A DNA stretch of 64,000 nt, from NCBI GenBank assembly GCA_964016885.1, contig OZ024756.1, positions 35,402,001-35,466,000 on the forward strand, in the 5' to 3' direction. The number at the start of each line of letters is the position of its first letter. The first letter of the stretch is position 1. Position numbers and translations under genes: made by a program. The stretch is from Eledone cirrhosa (lineage: Eukaryota). This document shows positions 47,404 to 62,384 of the stretch, piece after piece. The notes beneath the pieces are model-generated. The model ran no database searches and had not been told where the DNA came from. It was given only the letters and a program-made list of their open reading frames with translations.

Positions 47404-47714
47404 ATGTGTGTTAGCATGTGTTTGTGTGTAGGTGTATATAAGTACGTATATATATATATGTATAAATATATATATCAATGTATGTTAGCATGTGTGTGTA
47501 GGTGTATATATATATATATATCAATGTGTGTTAGCATGTGTGTGTGTGTGTGTGTAGGTGTATATAAGTATGAAAGTATATGAGAATATAAGATGATTGT
47601 TCTTTCAGGCCTGTAATGTTATAATTATTACACAGAAATATGGTTAATAGTTTCCTGTGATGTTTTTCAAGTTAAACATTGTATTTAATTCCGATATGTA
47701 TGTATATGTGTATG

Positions 47715-47746
<32 letters not shown>

Positions 47747-48142
47747 TGTATGTATGTATGTTATCTCTTTCTCTTAATTTCGAGTATATTTTTTTGGACC
47801 GGCCACCTTCCTGGTGGCAAGGTTGTAAAAGAAAAGAAATTGTCATCCCTTGAATCGCAAGAATGTTTTGCAAATTTTTGAAGGTGCCAGCTATCGCAGC
47901 CATTTGTAGACTATGAATTAGGGAGCTGCGCTTTTTGTCCGCAAATCCAAGTGAATGTATGTATGTATGTATGTATGTATGTATGTATGTATGTATGTAT
48001 GTATGTATGTATTTATGTATGTATGTAAGTATGTATGTGTGTATGTATGTATATGTGTGTATGTATGCATGTATGTATGAATGAATGTATGCCTGGCATA
48101 TGCATATATGTACGCACGTACGTACGTATATACGTATATATA

Positions 48143-48340
48143 TAACGAAGGAAGTGTGGTAAGGAACCAGGTGGACCATAACGCACCAGAGTACTCAATA
48201 CTATGGGTAGTAGAGTGGGTAATAGGAAAAGAGTCGGGACCTCGACGGCTGAGCTCCAGCCGTTTCGACAGGTTTATGAATTCAGAAATAGCTGTCGAAA
48301 CGGCCGGAGCTCAATCGTCGGGGTCCCGACTCTTTTCCTA
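48143..48340 (-). mobile_element. PLE end family A fold-back element
   Basis: As the other copies. Confidence 0.85.
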
Positions 48341-48351
48341 TATATATATAT

Positions 48352-48407
<56 letters not shown>

Positions 48408-48408
48408 A

Positions 48409-48488
<80 letters not shown>

Positions 48489-48489
48489 G

Positions 48490-48640
48490 TTGACCCCAGT
48501 ACTGGTCTGGCGCTTTTTTTTTTAATGGACCACGAAAGACTGAAAGGCAAAGTTAAACGCGGTGGGATTTGAACTCAGATCGCAGAGAGACGGGTCGAAT
48601 ACTGGAAAGTATTCTATATGACATTCTAACGACTTTAACA
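48490..48640 (-). mobile_element. diverged SINE
   Basis: tgaaaggcaaagtt...ggatttgaactcaga. Confidence 0.7.
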
Positions 48641-49092
48641 ACTCGTCACCTGTCAATACATATTAAACGTTTTAAAACAAAGGATTTTCTATTATATCAT
48701 AGAACAAGGGCTAATTTCAAGCGGAGGTTTGGAAGGGTTAATGCTAGAGACTTGTTGAATCTATGGCTGAATGAATCGTTTTTTAGACGAACACTGTCAG
48801 GGGATTTTCTTCTATCTAGCAATCCCCCTCCTCCTCCACCTCCACCTTCTCCGCCCTCCTCCTCCTCCTCCTCCTCTTGCTAGCCAAGTAAGCGGGGGTG
48901 GGGGTTGGTTTAGTTGCAGACAACTCGACCTTGCAACAAGTTATTCTGGATTACATGTTAACATGTTACCGGCAACATTCATTAAGATCTGACATTTTGC
49001 TGTCTGTCTTTCTGTTTGATTGGCAATCGGTTTATCTATCTGTCTATCTACACACACCTACACACACCTACACACACCTACACACACACACA

Positions 49093-49140
<48 letters not shown>

Positions 49141-49141
<1 letters not shown>

Positions 49142-49267
49142 GATTTCTCCCGAATGAAACAGTTCTAGTCCTGTAGAAGCCTTTTCTATACTAAATATTT
49201 AAACTCTGCTTTGTATTGAGTACCTTACTTACTGTGGTTACCCCCGATTGAACCCGGGATAAACTTA

Positions 49268-49312
<45 letters not shown>

Positions 49313-49433
49313 GGCTTCTACAGGACTAGAACTGTTTCATTCGAAGGAAATTATCAGGAAAGCCGACTGTCAATGTGTTATGGTGGTATTTATATATTTT
49401 CTGGTCGGTTTTCCTGATGATTCCCTTCGAAAT
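49141..49433. mobile_element. two PLE end family B fragments separated by (TA)n
   Basis: 49141-49264 is a plus-strand end with tail; 49312-49433 is a partial fold-back ending in ctgatgattcccttcgaa. Confidence 0.75.
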
Positions 49434-50164
49434 GTGGTGGTGGTGGTGGTGGTGGTGGTGAGTGATGGTGGTAGATGGTGGTGGATGGTGGTGTATGGTG
49501 GCGGTGATAGTGGTGGTGGTGGTGGTGGTGGTAGGGGTGGTGGGGGTGTGCGTTGCTTTTGGACAATTGTGTAAAGGGTCCCGTAACAAAATATGTTTGA
49601 GAACCACTGGCATAATGTATGTATGTATGTATGTATGTATGTATGTATGTATGTATGTATGTATGTATGTATGTATGTATGTATGTATGTATGCATGTAT
49701 GTATGTATGTATGTATGTATATATGTAGATGTATGTATGTATATATGTACGTATTCATGTATGTATGTATGAATATATAAAGCACCATATATATATATGT
49801 GCGTATTCATGTATGTATGTATGAATATATAAAGCACCATATATATATATGTATGTATATATGTATATATTCATGTATGTATGAATATATAAAGCACAAA
49901 TATATATATATATGTATGGTTACTCTAGCTGCTAGAAAGAGCAGTCCCATGTCCCTCAAATCACCACTACATCTCCCAACAAAATGTAAAGAAGCATTAG
50001 GTAATGCAGTACTAGACGCCTTATGCCGCCCCCCCCCCCCAAAAAAAAAAAACGAAGAGGTCACGGATGGAAAGCACTTTGATCATTAGTATGCTAGATG
50101 AAGGGGGTCACCTGTGGCTAACCAATATCACAATGTCTAAACTACAACAATTGATACATCAGCC

Positions 50165-51110
50165 CCTCCACCACCACCACCATCACCACCACCACCACTA
50201 CAACCACCACCACCACTACCACCATCATCACATATAACGACTACAACCATCACCACCACCACCACCACCACCGCCACCACTACCACAATCATCACATATA
50301 ACGACTACAACCTCCGTCACCTCCACCACCACCACCACCACCACTACAACCACCACCACCACTACAACCATCACCACCACCACCACCACCACCACCACTA
50401 CCACCACCACTACTACCACCATCATCACATATAACGACTACAACCTCCGTCACCTCCACCACCACCACCACCACCACCACCACCACTACAACCACCACCA
50501 CCACTACAACCATCACCACCACCACCACCACCACCACTACAACCATCACCACCACCACCACCACCACCACCACTACCACCATCATCACATATAACGACTA
50601 CAACCTCCACCACCTCCACCACCACCACCACCACTACAACCACCACCACCACCACCACCACCACCACCACCACCACCACCACCACTACAACCACCACCAC
50701 CACCACAACCACCACCACCACCACTAGCCCCTACCAACACTACTACTATCACCATAACACCACAGCACCAACATTACTGCTACTACAATCACCACAGCAC
50801 CACCACCACCACCACCACCACCTCTACTATACCTTAATATCACCTCTGCCACCTCGACCACTACCATACCACTACTACCACTACTACCACTACTGTACGA
50901 CCACCGCCGCCACCACCACCTCTACTACACCTTAATATCACCGCTGCCGCCTCCACCACCACCACCACCACCTCCACTACTATTATCCCCTTGATATCGC
51001 CACCACCACCACCACCACCACCACCACCACCACCACCACCACCACCACCACCACCACCACCACCACCACTACTATTATCCCCTGAATATCACCGCAACCA
51101 CCACTACCTC
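50165..51110. repeat. (ACC)n tract with recurring catcacatataacgactacaac modules
   Basis: Visible directly. Confidence 0.9.
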
Positions 51111-51434
51111 CCTTAACAACAGTTGAACGACGGCAAACCCTATATGATGTCGTCACCATTATGACGTAAGCCGCACTATTTCCAAGACGGTGACGTCATA
51201 ACAGTTAGTACGTCTGTCCTCGCTTATCAGAGTGTGTCACTTAGAGCAGTATCGACCGTCTTTCTACTATTGTACTATATAGAACTGGGGACGGAGAACT
51301 GATATACCAGCCTCCCTTAACACTCTCATAGTATATACTACAATACTATGACATATAGCTCGTCCATATGTGAAGGTACCTGGGTGTTTAGCGGTTAGGG
51401 TGTTCGGCTGATAACCGTATGGTCATTATAATAA

Positions 51435-51595
51435 TTGTTTCTACTTTTGGCACAAGGCCAGCAATTATCCCAGTGCATTACTGGTACTTTATTTTATCGA
51501 CCCCGTAAGGATGAAAAGCAAAGTTAACCTTGGCGGGATTTGAAGTCAGATCGTATTATAATAATGGTTTCTAGTACAGGCACAGGGCCAGTAAT

Positions 51596-51626
<31 letters not shown>

Positions 51627-51787
51627 GTCGATTAAATCGACGCCAGTACGTTACAGGTGCTTTATTTTATCGACCCCGTAAGGATGAAAGGCAAAGTTAA
51701 CTTCGGCGAGATTTGAACTCAGACCGTAAAGGACCGTAACTCTATGCCGCAAAGCATGGTGTCCGATACTGCCTATCCACCGCCCTT
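51435..51787 (-). mobile_element. two tandem SINEs
   Basis: Same family as 24920-25880. Confidence 0.9.
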
Positions 51788-51914
51788 ATGGTCATTATGA
51801 TAATGAAATTATTGTGCACTACAACTCATCAAAGGCGCATTTATAGTACATAGAGTAATGTACAAATGTCAGGAAAGTGAACAGTGTATGAGTCATGATA
51901 CATATATGCATGTG

Positions 51915-52420
51915 TACGTGTGTATGGAGAGGCGGAATATCAGGTGTAGTGTTGGCGAATCTCAGGAAGCATGGAGGTTTTAAAGGATGCAGTGTCTCGC
52001 CAGCTAACAACTGATGCAGGTAGTTTGTTCCATGGAGGTTTTAAAGGATGCAGTGTCTCGACAGCTAACCACTGATGCAGGTAGTTTGTTCCATGGAGGT
52101 TTTAAAGGATGCAGTGTCTCAACAGCTAACCACTGATGCAGGTAGTTTGTTCCATGGAAGTTTTAAAGGATGCAGTGTCTCAACAGCTAACCACTGATGC
52201 AGGTAGTTTGTTCCATGGAAGTTTTAAAGGATGCAGTGTCTCGACAGCTAACCACTGATGCAGGTAGTTTGTTCCATGGAGGTTTTAACGGATGCAGTGT
52301 CTCAACAGCTAACCACTGATGCAGATAGTTTGTTCCATGCTTCAGCAACTCTGAGCGTGAAAAAATGTTTCCGAAAGTCATGGGAACTGTTAAATAACAG
52401 GCGGCGAGTTGTTTCCAGAC
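51915..52420 (-). mobile_element. CR1/L2-group LINE 3' end containing a 6 x 61-bp tandem amplification (51970-52335)
   Basis: RKHFFTLRVAEAWNKLSASVVSC..TASFK fits the CR1 ORF2 terminal FFxxRVxxxWNxLPxxVV..FK motif; units start at 51970, 52031, 52092, 52153, 52214 and 52275. Confidence 0.85.
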
Positions 52421-52456
52421 CACTCAACTGACAAAATTGAGTTGCATATATATATA

Positions 52457-52813
52457 CCGTATTTCCCGGCGCTGAAGACGCTTCGTCCTCGAAGACACAC
52501 CCTAATTTTGACAACCAATAATTTGAAAGAAAAAAAAATTGTTCCTACTTTTGGCATAAGGCCAGCAATTATCTCAGTGCATTACTGGTACTTTATTTTA
52601 TCGACCTCGTAAGAATGTAAGGTAAAATTAACTTCGATGGGATTTGAACTCAGACTGTAAAGGGACGTAACTATGCTGGATAGCATGGCGTCCGATCCTC
52701 TACCAATACTGCCAATCCACCGCCCTAAACAACCTTCGGCCTCCAGGGCGCATGGTAGATTTTTGAAACTTATTTTAGGAATAAAGTAGCGTCTTGGATG
52801 CCGGGAAATCCGG
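52457..52813. mobile_element. pogo/mariner-like MITE with a SINE inserted at ~52538-52727
   Basis: TA-ccgtatttcccggc..aagacgc ... gcgtctt..gccgggaaatccgg-TA inverted termini. Confidence 0.8.
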
Positions 52814-53099
52814 TAATTGAAAAGAGATAGACTCTCTGAGAACTACGTTAAACGTACATGTGTCTCTGGAATGCTCAGACACTGGCATTGCACGTTAATT
52901 TCACAAACAGGCGGTTCTGTTGTTTCACATAAGTGAAACACTGATCGTGGAAACCTACGGAGGTTATAGAGAAAGAATATATATGTAGCTATCTCTGATA
53001 CCTTCACTGAACCCCTGCCTCAATGACAGGCAGCCATTTTTGTAAAGGAAGGCATGAGGATACACAATGGGTGCCATTAATATGGCAACAATAACAGTA

Positions 53100-53525
53100 A
53101 CAACACCACCATCATAGTCGACACCACCACTACCACCACCACTACCACCACCACCACCACGACCACCACCACCACCACCACCACCACCATCATCACCACA
53201 GTCAACACCACCCACCACCACCACTACCACCATCACAGTAAACACCACCACCACAATCAACACCACCACCATCACAATCAACACCACCACCACCACAATC
53301 AACACCACCACCACCACAATCAACACCACCACCACCACAATCAACACCACCACCATCACAAACAACACCACCGCCACCACCACAGTCGACACCACCACCA
53401 CCACCACGGTCAACACCGCCACCACAATCAACACCACCACCACCACAATCAACACCACCACCACCATCACAAACAACACCACCACCACCACAGTCAGCAC
53501 CACCACCACCACCATCACAGTAAAC
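53100..53525. repeat. (ACC)n-derived ~21-24-bp minisatellite
   Basis: Recurring accaccacaatcaac. Confidence 0.85.
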
Positions 53526-53787
53526 GCCAATCAGTGTTAATGTTTGTCGTGTTAGAATTATTGATTGTTGTTTTTTACGTTGAGAGAAGACAAGATAATA
53601 TAAAACAAACGCCATATTTTATGTTATCGTCTGTTCGGTTTATTACCTTTGTATCTTAAAATATTTCTTTTTGGAAAGAAACCGAAAAGTAAAGATACTT
53701 TAATTGAAAATAAATCACCTTTAAGAGAAAAATGAAACGACTATATATATATGTGTGTGTATAAAGAAATAAACACAGGAAAATGTG

Positions 53788-53833
<46 letters not shown>

Positions 53834-53856
53834 TATGTGTGTGTATGTATATATAC

Positions 53857-53946
<90 letters not shown>

Positions 53947-53964
53947 ACATGTATATATATATAC

Positions 53965-53998
<34 letters not shown>

Positions 53999-54032
53999 CT
54001 ATACATATATATATGTATACATGTATATATAC

Positions 54033-54064
<32 letters not shown>

Positions 54065-54070
54065 GTATAC

Positions 54071-54103
<33 letters not shown>

Positions 54104-54104
54104 C

Positions 54105-54220
<116 letters not shown>

Positions 54221-54224
54221 TTGA

Positions 54225-54414
54225 TATAGAAATGGCTTCTACAGGACTAAAACTGTTTCATTCGGAAGAAATCATCATGTGTTTTCCTGATGATTTCTTC
54301 CGAATGAAACAGTTCTAGTCCCGTAGAAGCCATTTCTATATTACATATGTATACTCTGCTTTGTATTGAGTACCTTACTTACTGTGGTTACCCCCGATTG
54401 AACCTGGGATAAAC
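54225..54414 (+). mobile_element. PLE end family B fold-back element with hammerhead (54281-54331) and tail
   Basis: gttttc-CTGATGA-tTTC ttcc GAAt-GAAACAG..CCGT-A-GAAGC; arms of ~52 bp. Confidence 0.85.
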
Positions 54415-54446
<32 letters not shown>

Positions 54447-54457
54447 GTGTGTGTGTG

Positions 54458-54575
<118 letters not shown>

Positions 54576-55380
54576 TATACAATAGATGCAAATGGAAGAT
54601 TACTATCTGTTCCAAAGGCAATAAGCTTTTTTTATGATTATAAAAATAAATTAATACAATTATAAATATGTAGATATTATATATATATATATATGAATGT
54701 ATGTATATGTATATATATATATTTAATTATTTTTGTCTTCGTGTTTTTTTTAAATATGTTAGCCAAATGCCAGAGATTTCTGGAAATAAGGAATGTTTCC
54801 ATTTTATCATGTTGCATAGATTGGAATATCTATTTAGTAATGAGTCTGGATTCCATATTAATATATTGAATAGTAATAATTGTCAAACAAACAGGAAATA
54901 AAAGATGAAGAAAGAATGGTTAATGCCAGGAATCTGACTAATAATACATATTTCGGTCACTGGTTGAATGTGGAGAGTATCCAGTCTGAAATATTCCTTA
55001 CAGTAAGAAAAACGGCAGTCAGGATAACGATAGCCAACTGCAGGACGAGACTCCTCCATTGTTCGGGTGTTAAATGTGTGACAGACAAAGAGAGACACCT
55101 TCTTTATACAAGTGTTAAATATAAAAGACATTTTGCTTCATTTCTTCCCGTTTTGGGGCACATTTTTTCATGGTACTGCCCATTTGGGTTTTTAGAGGTT
55201 GGCAGGTTTCATATGTATATATATGTCTTCAATACGTAGACATGTCCGAGATCTCCAGCTGACAACTGATGAAGGGAAATTTGTGCTTTCCTCTAATTTC
55301 TAAATACACTTTATCCAACATCCACACAGCCCCTGTTTCTTCACAAAATGTTTATTATATATACACACACGCACACAGAC

Positions 55381-55519
<139 letters not shown>

Positions 55520-55679
55520 AATCAGGCTGGATTCAGTTAGAAACTGGTTAGACCATTACTCGCCAGAGTACTCGATACTTGAGGTAGTAGAAATGTACAA
55601 AGTGTTTGCAGAAATAAATAATTAAGGGAATACAATCTGTCCGGTTTCCTGTCATTTTACTTTATAATATATATAAAGG

Positions 55680-55884
55680 TAGAACACTGGAAGGTAATAT
55701 CCGTAGTGGTAGAGCACTCAGTCCATGGGACGAGTTTGGTAGAAGTAGTAACACAACAGTTAGTTCACCATACCGAGAACACTTGTTTCACCTTATGCGG
55801 ATCTTCAGCTCGAGTCCGAGCTGAAGATCCGCAAAAGGTGAAACAATTGTTCTCGGTATGGTGAACTAACTGTTGTGTTACTAC

Positions 55885-55889
<5 letters not shown>
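55680..55889 (-). mobile_element. PLE end fold-back element (arms ~55740-55811 / 55817-55889) plus tail
   Basis: Near-perfect inverted arms; the right arm ends in (TA)n. Confidence 0.8.
55816..55856 (+). ncRNA. minimal type I hammerhead ribozyme
   Basis: CCGAG-CTGAAGA-tCC gcaaaa GGt-GAAAC-AATT-GT-T-CTCGG; 5-bp stem I and palindromic ACAATTGT stem III. Confidence 0.8.
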
Positions 55890-55929
<40 letters not shown>

Positions 55930-55960
55930 TACGTACATACATACATATTATATTATATTA

Positions 55961-56154
55961 TATTATTTATGTTCATACAAGGAACAAAGTGCTATCTAAG
56001 GTTTCAAGGCCGATTATTGACCAGATCTCCAGATTGTAAGAGCCTTGAAGATCAGATCGCAATTTTGATCTCTCTTACAATCTGGAGATCTGGTCAATAT
56101 TGGACCTTGAAACCTTAGTTAACGCTTTTGTTCCATGTATGAACATAAATAATA
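55961..56154. repeat. imperfect ~190-bp fold-back, probably another PLE end family
   Basis: tatttatgttcataca..ccagatctccagattgtaagag / ctcttacaatctggagatctgg..tgtatgaacataaata. Confidence 0.75.
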
Positions 56155-56328
56155 TATATAATATATATAATGTATATAATATATATAATATAAATAATAT
56201 ATATAATATATATAATATAAATAATATATATAATATATATAATATATCAGTTCTCTTGCCATTGAGCACTGTTTTCCTGTTTTTCCTTTTACACACACAC
56301 ACGCAGAGACACACACACACATACATAC

Positions 56329-56427
<99 letters not shown>

Positions 56428-56557
56428 ATATATATATATATATAAATATATATATAGATATATAGATAGATAGAGAGAGAGAGAGAGAGAGTGAGAGAGA
56501 GAGAGAGAGAAGATAAATATATATAGAGATATAGATATATATGTGTACATATATATA

Positions 56558-56623
<66 letters not shown>

Positions 56624-56670
56624 TATATGTGTGTATGTGTGCATGTGTATGTAAACAGCAACACATATAT

Positions 56671-56716
<46 letters not shown>

Positions 56717-56983
56717 ACACGTGTACATATCCGAAAACAACTTCGTTTTATATTATAGATTAGTCTTTATCTACATTTATTATATAACTGTTTATTGATG
56801 ATTGATTGATTTGTTCAACATGCCTGATATCAATAAGATGGTCAAGAACTCCATGTAGTGATCGATAAGGTGTTGATAGATTCCATGAAGGAATCGATGA
56901 TGTAAAATATTTTGGAATTCTTGATCTAAGTAAACTGATTAATTAGGGATAGCACCAACAGAACGCGATTGAAAACAAAAGTA

Positions 56984-57058
<75 letters not shown>

Positions 57059-57156
57059 TTTGGAAAGCATAAGAACTGTGAAACCAGTAAAGGAAATAAA
57101 TAAATACTCCAGTTGCATTTTCGATTTCTTTTCCTTATATATATATATATATATAT

Positions 57157-57205
<49 letters not shown>

Positions 57206-57227
57206 TATATACATTATATATATATAC

Positions 57228-57293
<66 letters not shown>

Positions 57294-57329
57294 TGCTAGC
57301 GTAAACCTCTTCAAATGAAGTCGATGTTT

Positions 57330-57568
57330 ATTACGGTATGTCGAATCTATTTATCTATAAAACTGTTTATATTGTATTTTGTCTGATGAAGGCATAGCAT
57401 ATTGTTAATATGATATCCCCGAAATATATATAATGAAATAAATATGGTTTTATAAATATAGTTTTCCATTTATTTAATATTGTAAATATACTCCAAATAT
57501 TTGTCGAGTGCTTTTATATCAGTTATAAATATTTACTAGTTGTAACCCAACAATTTAAAATATAACTT

Positions 57569-57572
<4 letters not shown>
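57330..57572 (+). mobile_element. PLE end family D, linear copy with hammerhead core (57383-57430) and tail
   Basis: Nearly identical to the reverse complement of 30646-30885. Confidence 0.85.
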
Positions 57573-57630
<58 letters not shown>

Positions 57631-57834
57631 TTAAACAAGGTTCAATGAATAAATTAAAGAATGAGTTTTACAATAAATTGGAAGCACTCAACGGAAATGG
57701 TTTTCCGGAGTTATTAATATTAATTCAAAATATTAACAAAATTAGACATTCGTGTGATCAAATATACTTGATTACACGAATGTCTATTTTTGTTAATATT
57801 TTGAATTAATATATATATATATATATATAACTTT

Positions 57835-57865
<31 letters not shown>

Positions 57866-58162
57866 ACTTTGGATATATATATATATATATATATATATAA
57901 CTTTGGATATATATATATATATATATATATAACTTTGGATATATATATATATATATATATAACTTTGATAACTTTCGGCTAGTATTGGCTAACTTAATAA
58001 GCACCACTATATCTTTGAGACTGGCTGGAGTGCTCCAGGGATATATATATATATATATATATATAAAAACAAATAACGAAACGAAATTAAATTTCGTTTC
58101 GTTTGTAACTCACTTTTGTATATATATATAAGATCAAAAGATGGTTAAAAGAGTTCCATGTA

Positions 58163-58229
58163 TTTTATTATGCGCATTTCAAAAACAAATATCATCATGC
58201 GATGACATTTGCGTTTTCGTCAGATAAAA
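58163..58229 (-). ncRNA. type I hammerhead ribozyme at a PLE 3' end
   Basis: Minus strand TTTTAT-CTGACGA-long stem II (AAATGTCATC gcat GATGATATTT)-GAAA-TGCGCA-TA-ATAAAA. Confidence 0.85.
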
Positions 58230-59390
58230 TAGGGAGACATGATATGAAGGTTAAAAAACACTTGTGAATAGTGCAGTTTTAAATCAACATATGAAAAGTA
58301 GTTTTAGATTGATGTGTGATATTGGGAAAAAAATGAGGGGGGTGGAAAGGATGAAAAAGAGGAGGAGATGAGAGTAAAGAATGGAGGGGGAGGAGTATAA
58401 TAAGGAAGGATGAGCTAGGAGGAGAGATGGGTGATAGAGAGAGAGAGATAGCTTTTATAACTGAGAAAAATATATTGTTTTACAGAGAGAGGTTAAAAAA
58501 CCGTTGGAAGATAATATATAAATTAAAAGAATTTGAAAATTAACGAAGATAAAAAATTAAGAATAATGTTAAATTAAGGTTTGAATATTGAAAGGTTTAA
58601 TAATATGTGCGATGGAAAGAAATTGTTGATATGTATTATTAAAAATAAAAATAAAAATAGTAATGTAATTAAGGATATATTGTGAAAAGAAGTAGAAGAG
58701 TGGATGAATTATGAATTTAGAGGAATTAGTTGGTGTTTAAGTTTGTTTTTATGTAATGTAATATGTATGTGTAATATATGTAAATAGTTTGTTTACAAAT
58801 GAGCGCAGAAAGCAAAGAAGGAGATAGTGTTTAAGGAGAAGACCTTAATATCAAAATATGTATGTTTATGAAGTATTTCCTAATGGTAATAATATAATGT
58901 AATAAAGGAGATTAGTTAGGGTTTAAGTTTGTTTTTATGTATTGTGATGTGTAATATGTAAAAGTTAGACGAGCATGAAAGGGAGAAAAAAATAATAATG
59001 AATTGAGGATGAATAATCTAACGTAAAAAAAAATGTTTATGTTTGCGAAGGATTTTTCAAGGTGATACTATAAAGTATTTAAAAGGGTAATAGTAAGTTT
59101 TATGGCCAGTGATAGGATGGAAGAAGGAAGAGTGGATATATTGCGGTGAGTAATAATGAGAATTGAGAAGTATCTAGGAAGAAAAGGTACAGATAAGAGG
59201 TTAGAAATTAAAAGAAAAAAGGAAGAAAGGGAAGTGATAAATAGGAATGATATAGAATGAGTAACTAGTATTATATAATATATAATAAATAACATTGAAA
59301 TAAGGTAGAAAGAAGGGTATATTTTTAAAGAAATATATATATATATGTGCCTTTGAGAAAAAGGATTTTAAATTGGTAAAGTATTAGATA

Positions 59391-59693
59391 TTAGCTGTAT
59401 ACTTTATGTAATGTTCTGTGGAATTTATGCAAGCAGAGAGAAAACAAGTCAGTGCGTCTATTTATTATAGAATCTAAATTAGATATAATGGTAAATTTCT
59501 CACTTAAACAGAGATTACATGTTTTGGATAGAAAGGCATTCAAGTATGGAGAGGCAGAACAAACCTTCCGCCATGAGATGTTATAGTTAATATTTTTGTC
59601 TTTCAAGGACCATATGAGTTCTGAGAGTGCCGTGTTGGTTCTTTTAAGTTGGTATTTAAAAGACGAATGATGATTATAAAGACGAGCTTTGTA
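59391..59693 (-). pseudogene. 5'-truncated PLE GIY-YIG endonuclease C-terminus (element probably spans ~58130-59693)
   Basis: Open frame YKARLYNHHSSFKYQLKRTNTALSELIWSLKDKNINYNISWRK..CNLCLSEK..IINRRTDLFSLCLH, with the KxRxxxH, LSxxIWxL, CxLCxxEK and CxH motifs. Confidence 0.85.
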
Positions 59694-59805
59694 CTACAAT
59701 AAAACTCACCCCCTACATATATATATATATAGTTCACAGAGACAACAAACAGAGGTACAACAAGTCTTATTAGTTTCACGCTTTATATTGGAAAGAGGAA
59801 AGAAC

Positions 59806-59840
59806 GTTCGACGTGTCGGACTTAAGCCCTTCTTCAGGAG
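59806..59840 (-). ncRNA. degenerate minimal hammerhead
   Basis: Minus strand CTGAAGA-agggct ta agtcc-GACAC-GTC (GAAAC changed to GACAC). Confidence 0.5.
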
Positions 59841-59934
59841 TACACAATAGAGACAGGAGCGCAATAGAGGAACAGAAAAAAGGTCCGAGTAAAGAAAAAA
59901 AAAAAAAATCAGAATGGAAAATGAAGATTATTCA

Positions 59935-60225
59935 TAGCTCGACTGTGGTTAACTTGGCCCTTCATCCTTACTGGGTCGGTAAAATAAAGTACCAGTAATG
60001 CACTGGATTCGAGTTAATCGACTTTCCCCTCCTCCAAAATCATTGGCCTTGAGCCTAAATCATAAACCAATATTTATCAAAACCCGCTGAAGTTAACTTT
60101 ACCTTTCACTCTTGCAGGGTCGATAAAATAATTTACCAGTAATGCACTGAGGTCGATTTAATCGTCTTTAACATCCTGCTCAATAACTGTTGGCCTTGAG
60201 CCTACATAAGAAACCAATATTTATC
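59935..60225 (+). mobile_element. two tandem SINE 3' halves
   Basis: ttcatccttactgggtcggtaaaataaagtaccagtaatgcactg occurs twice. Confidence 0.85.
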
Positions 60226-60389
60226 AATATTACGTTTCTTTCATCCTTCTTACGTCAGTCTTTTCCTGTACCGATATCCTTTCCAACATACCAAACAGAT
60301 ACGAAGAAAATAATAAGAAAAATAAGAATAGTAGATTATATCAATAACAAGAACAACTATCACCACTACTACTACTACTTCTACTACTT

Positions 60390-60489
<100 letters not shown>

Positions 60490-60608
60490 AAGTACAACTA
60501 CTACTACAACAATAACAACAACAATACTTATAATCATGTAACCATCTTTGAAATAGAGATTGTACGGAAAAACCGATTGGCAATGTCAATCAAAGAAAAT
60601 ATATATAT

Positions 60609-60609
<1 letters not shown>

Positions 60610-60653
<44 letters not shown>

Positions 60654-60853
60654 GCACGCACATACATACATACACACACATACATACGTACACATATATA
60701 TATATATATATACATATACACACACATACATGCATACACACATACGTACATACATACATATATATATATATATACACACATATATATATATACATATACA
60801 CACACATACACACATACACACATACATACACACATACGTATATACATACGTAT

Positions 60854-60884
<31 letters not shown>

Positions 60885-61074
60885 CATATACACACACATA
60901 CACACATACGTATATACATACGTATATACATACATATATATATATATATATATACATATACACACACATACATACACACACACATACATACACACATACG
61001 TATATACATACATATATATATATACATATACACATACATATATACATACACACATACATAGACACACACACACT

Positions 61075-61136
<62 letters not shown>

Positions 61137-61339
61137 AGTGAGTGTTTAATAAATCGATAAGAGATCTTAACAGACAAGTTCCGTGCCTCACGTTTCATCA
61201 AACACATTGATCTTGCAACAAAGACCAGCGGCGTTACTCTCCGTCCAATTACAGATGTTCAAATCTTCAATTCTCTCAACTCTTCTTTTCTTTCTTCTTT
61301 CTCATCACCGCTTCCGCCATCTTACCCACATATATGTGT

Positions 61340-61408
<69 letters not shown>

Positions 61409-61409
61409 T

Positions 61410-61465
<56 letters not shown>

Positions 61466-61567
61466 TATTTATTTATATATATATATATTTATTTATTTAT
61501 ATATATATATATATTTATTTATATATATATATATATATTTATTTATATATATATATATATATTTATT

Positions 61568-61622
<55 letters not shown>

Positions 61623-61813
61623 ATATATATTTATTTATATTTATATATATATATTTATATATATGTATATATATTTGTGTGTGTATTGTGTATATATATA
61701 TTTATATATATGTATATATATTTGTGTGTGTATTGTGTATATATATATTTATATATACATATATTTATATATATGTATATATACATATATTTGTATATAT
61801 ATATATATATATA

Positions 61814-61907
<94 letters not shown>

Positions 61908-62295
61908 ATGTATGTATGTAAAAGGTAAACAGAAATAACAACACAATCGGTGTATGTATGTATGTCTATGTATTTATTTTATTCATATATTTATATATAC
62001 TTGTTTTATTTCCTTCCCTGCCGACATTCCTTTATTGATATTTGTACCTACGCAGAAGGAAACATATACATATACAAATAGATATATATATATACATATA
62101 CAAATATATATACATATACATATACATATACAAAAACACACACACACATATATATATATATGTATATATAGTAAAACATTGAACGGGAACAAAACAGAGA
62201 GGCAGTACGAACAAAGGTTTATTAGTTTCACGCTCTTGAGAAAATATATATATACGCATGCACATACATACATACACACACATACATACGTACAC

Positions 62296-62329
<34 letters not shown>

Positions 62330-62353
62330 ATACACACATACACACATACGTAC

Positions 62354-62384
<31 letters not shown>

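Noticed and set aside
54880-55239. 119-aa plus-strand ORF as a host gene
   Set aside because: No recognisable domain; the opposite strand looks more like decayed PLE sequence.
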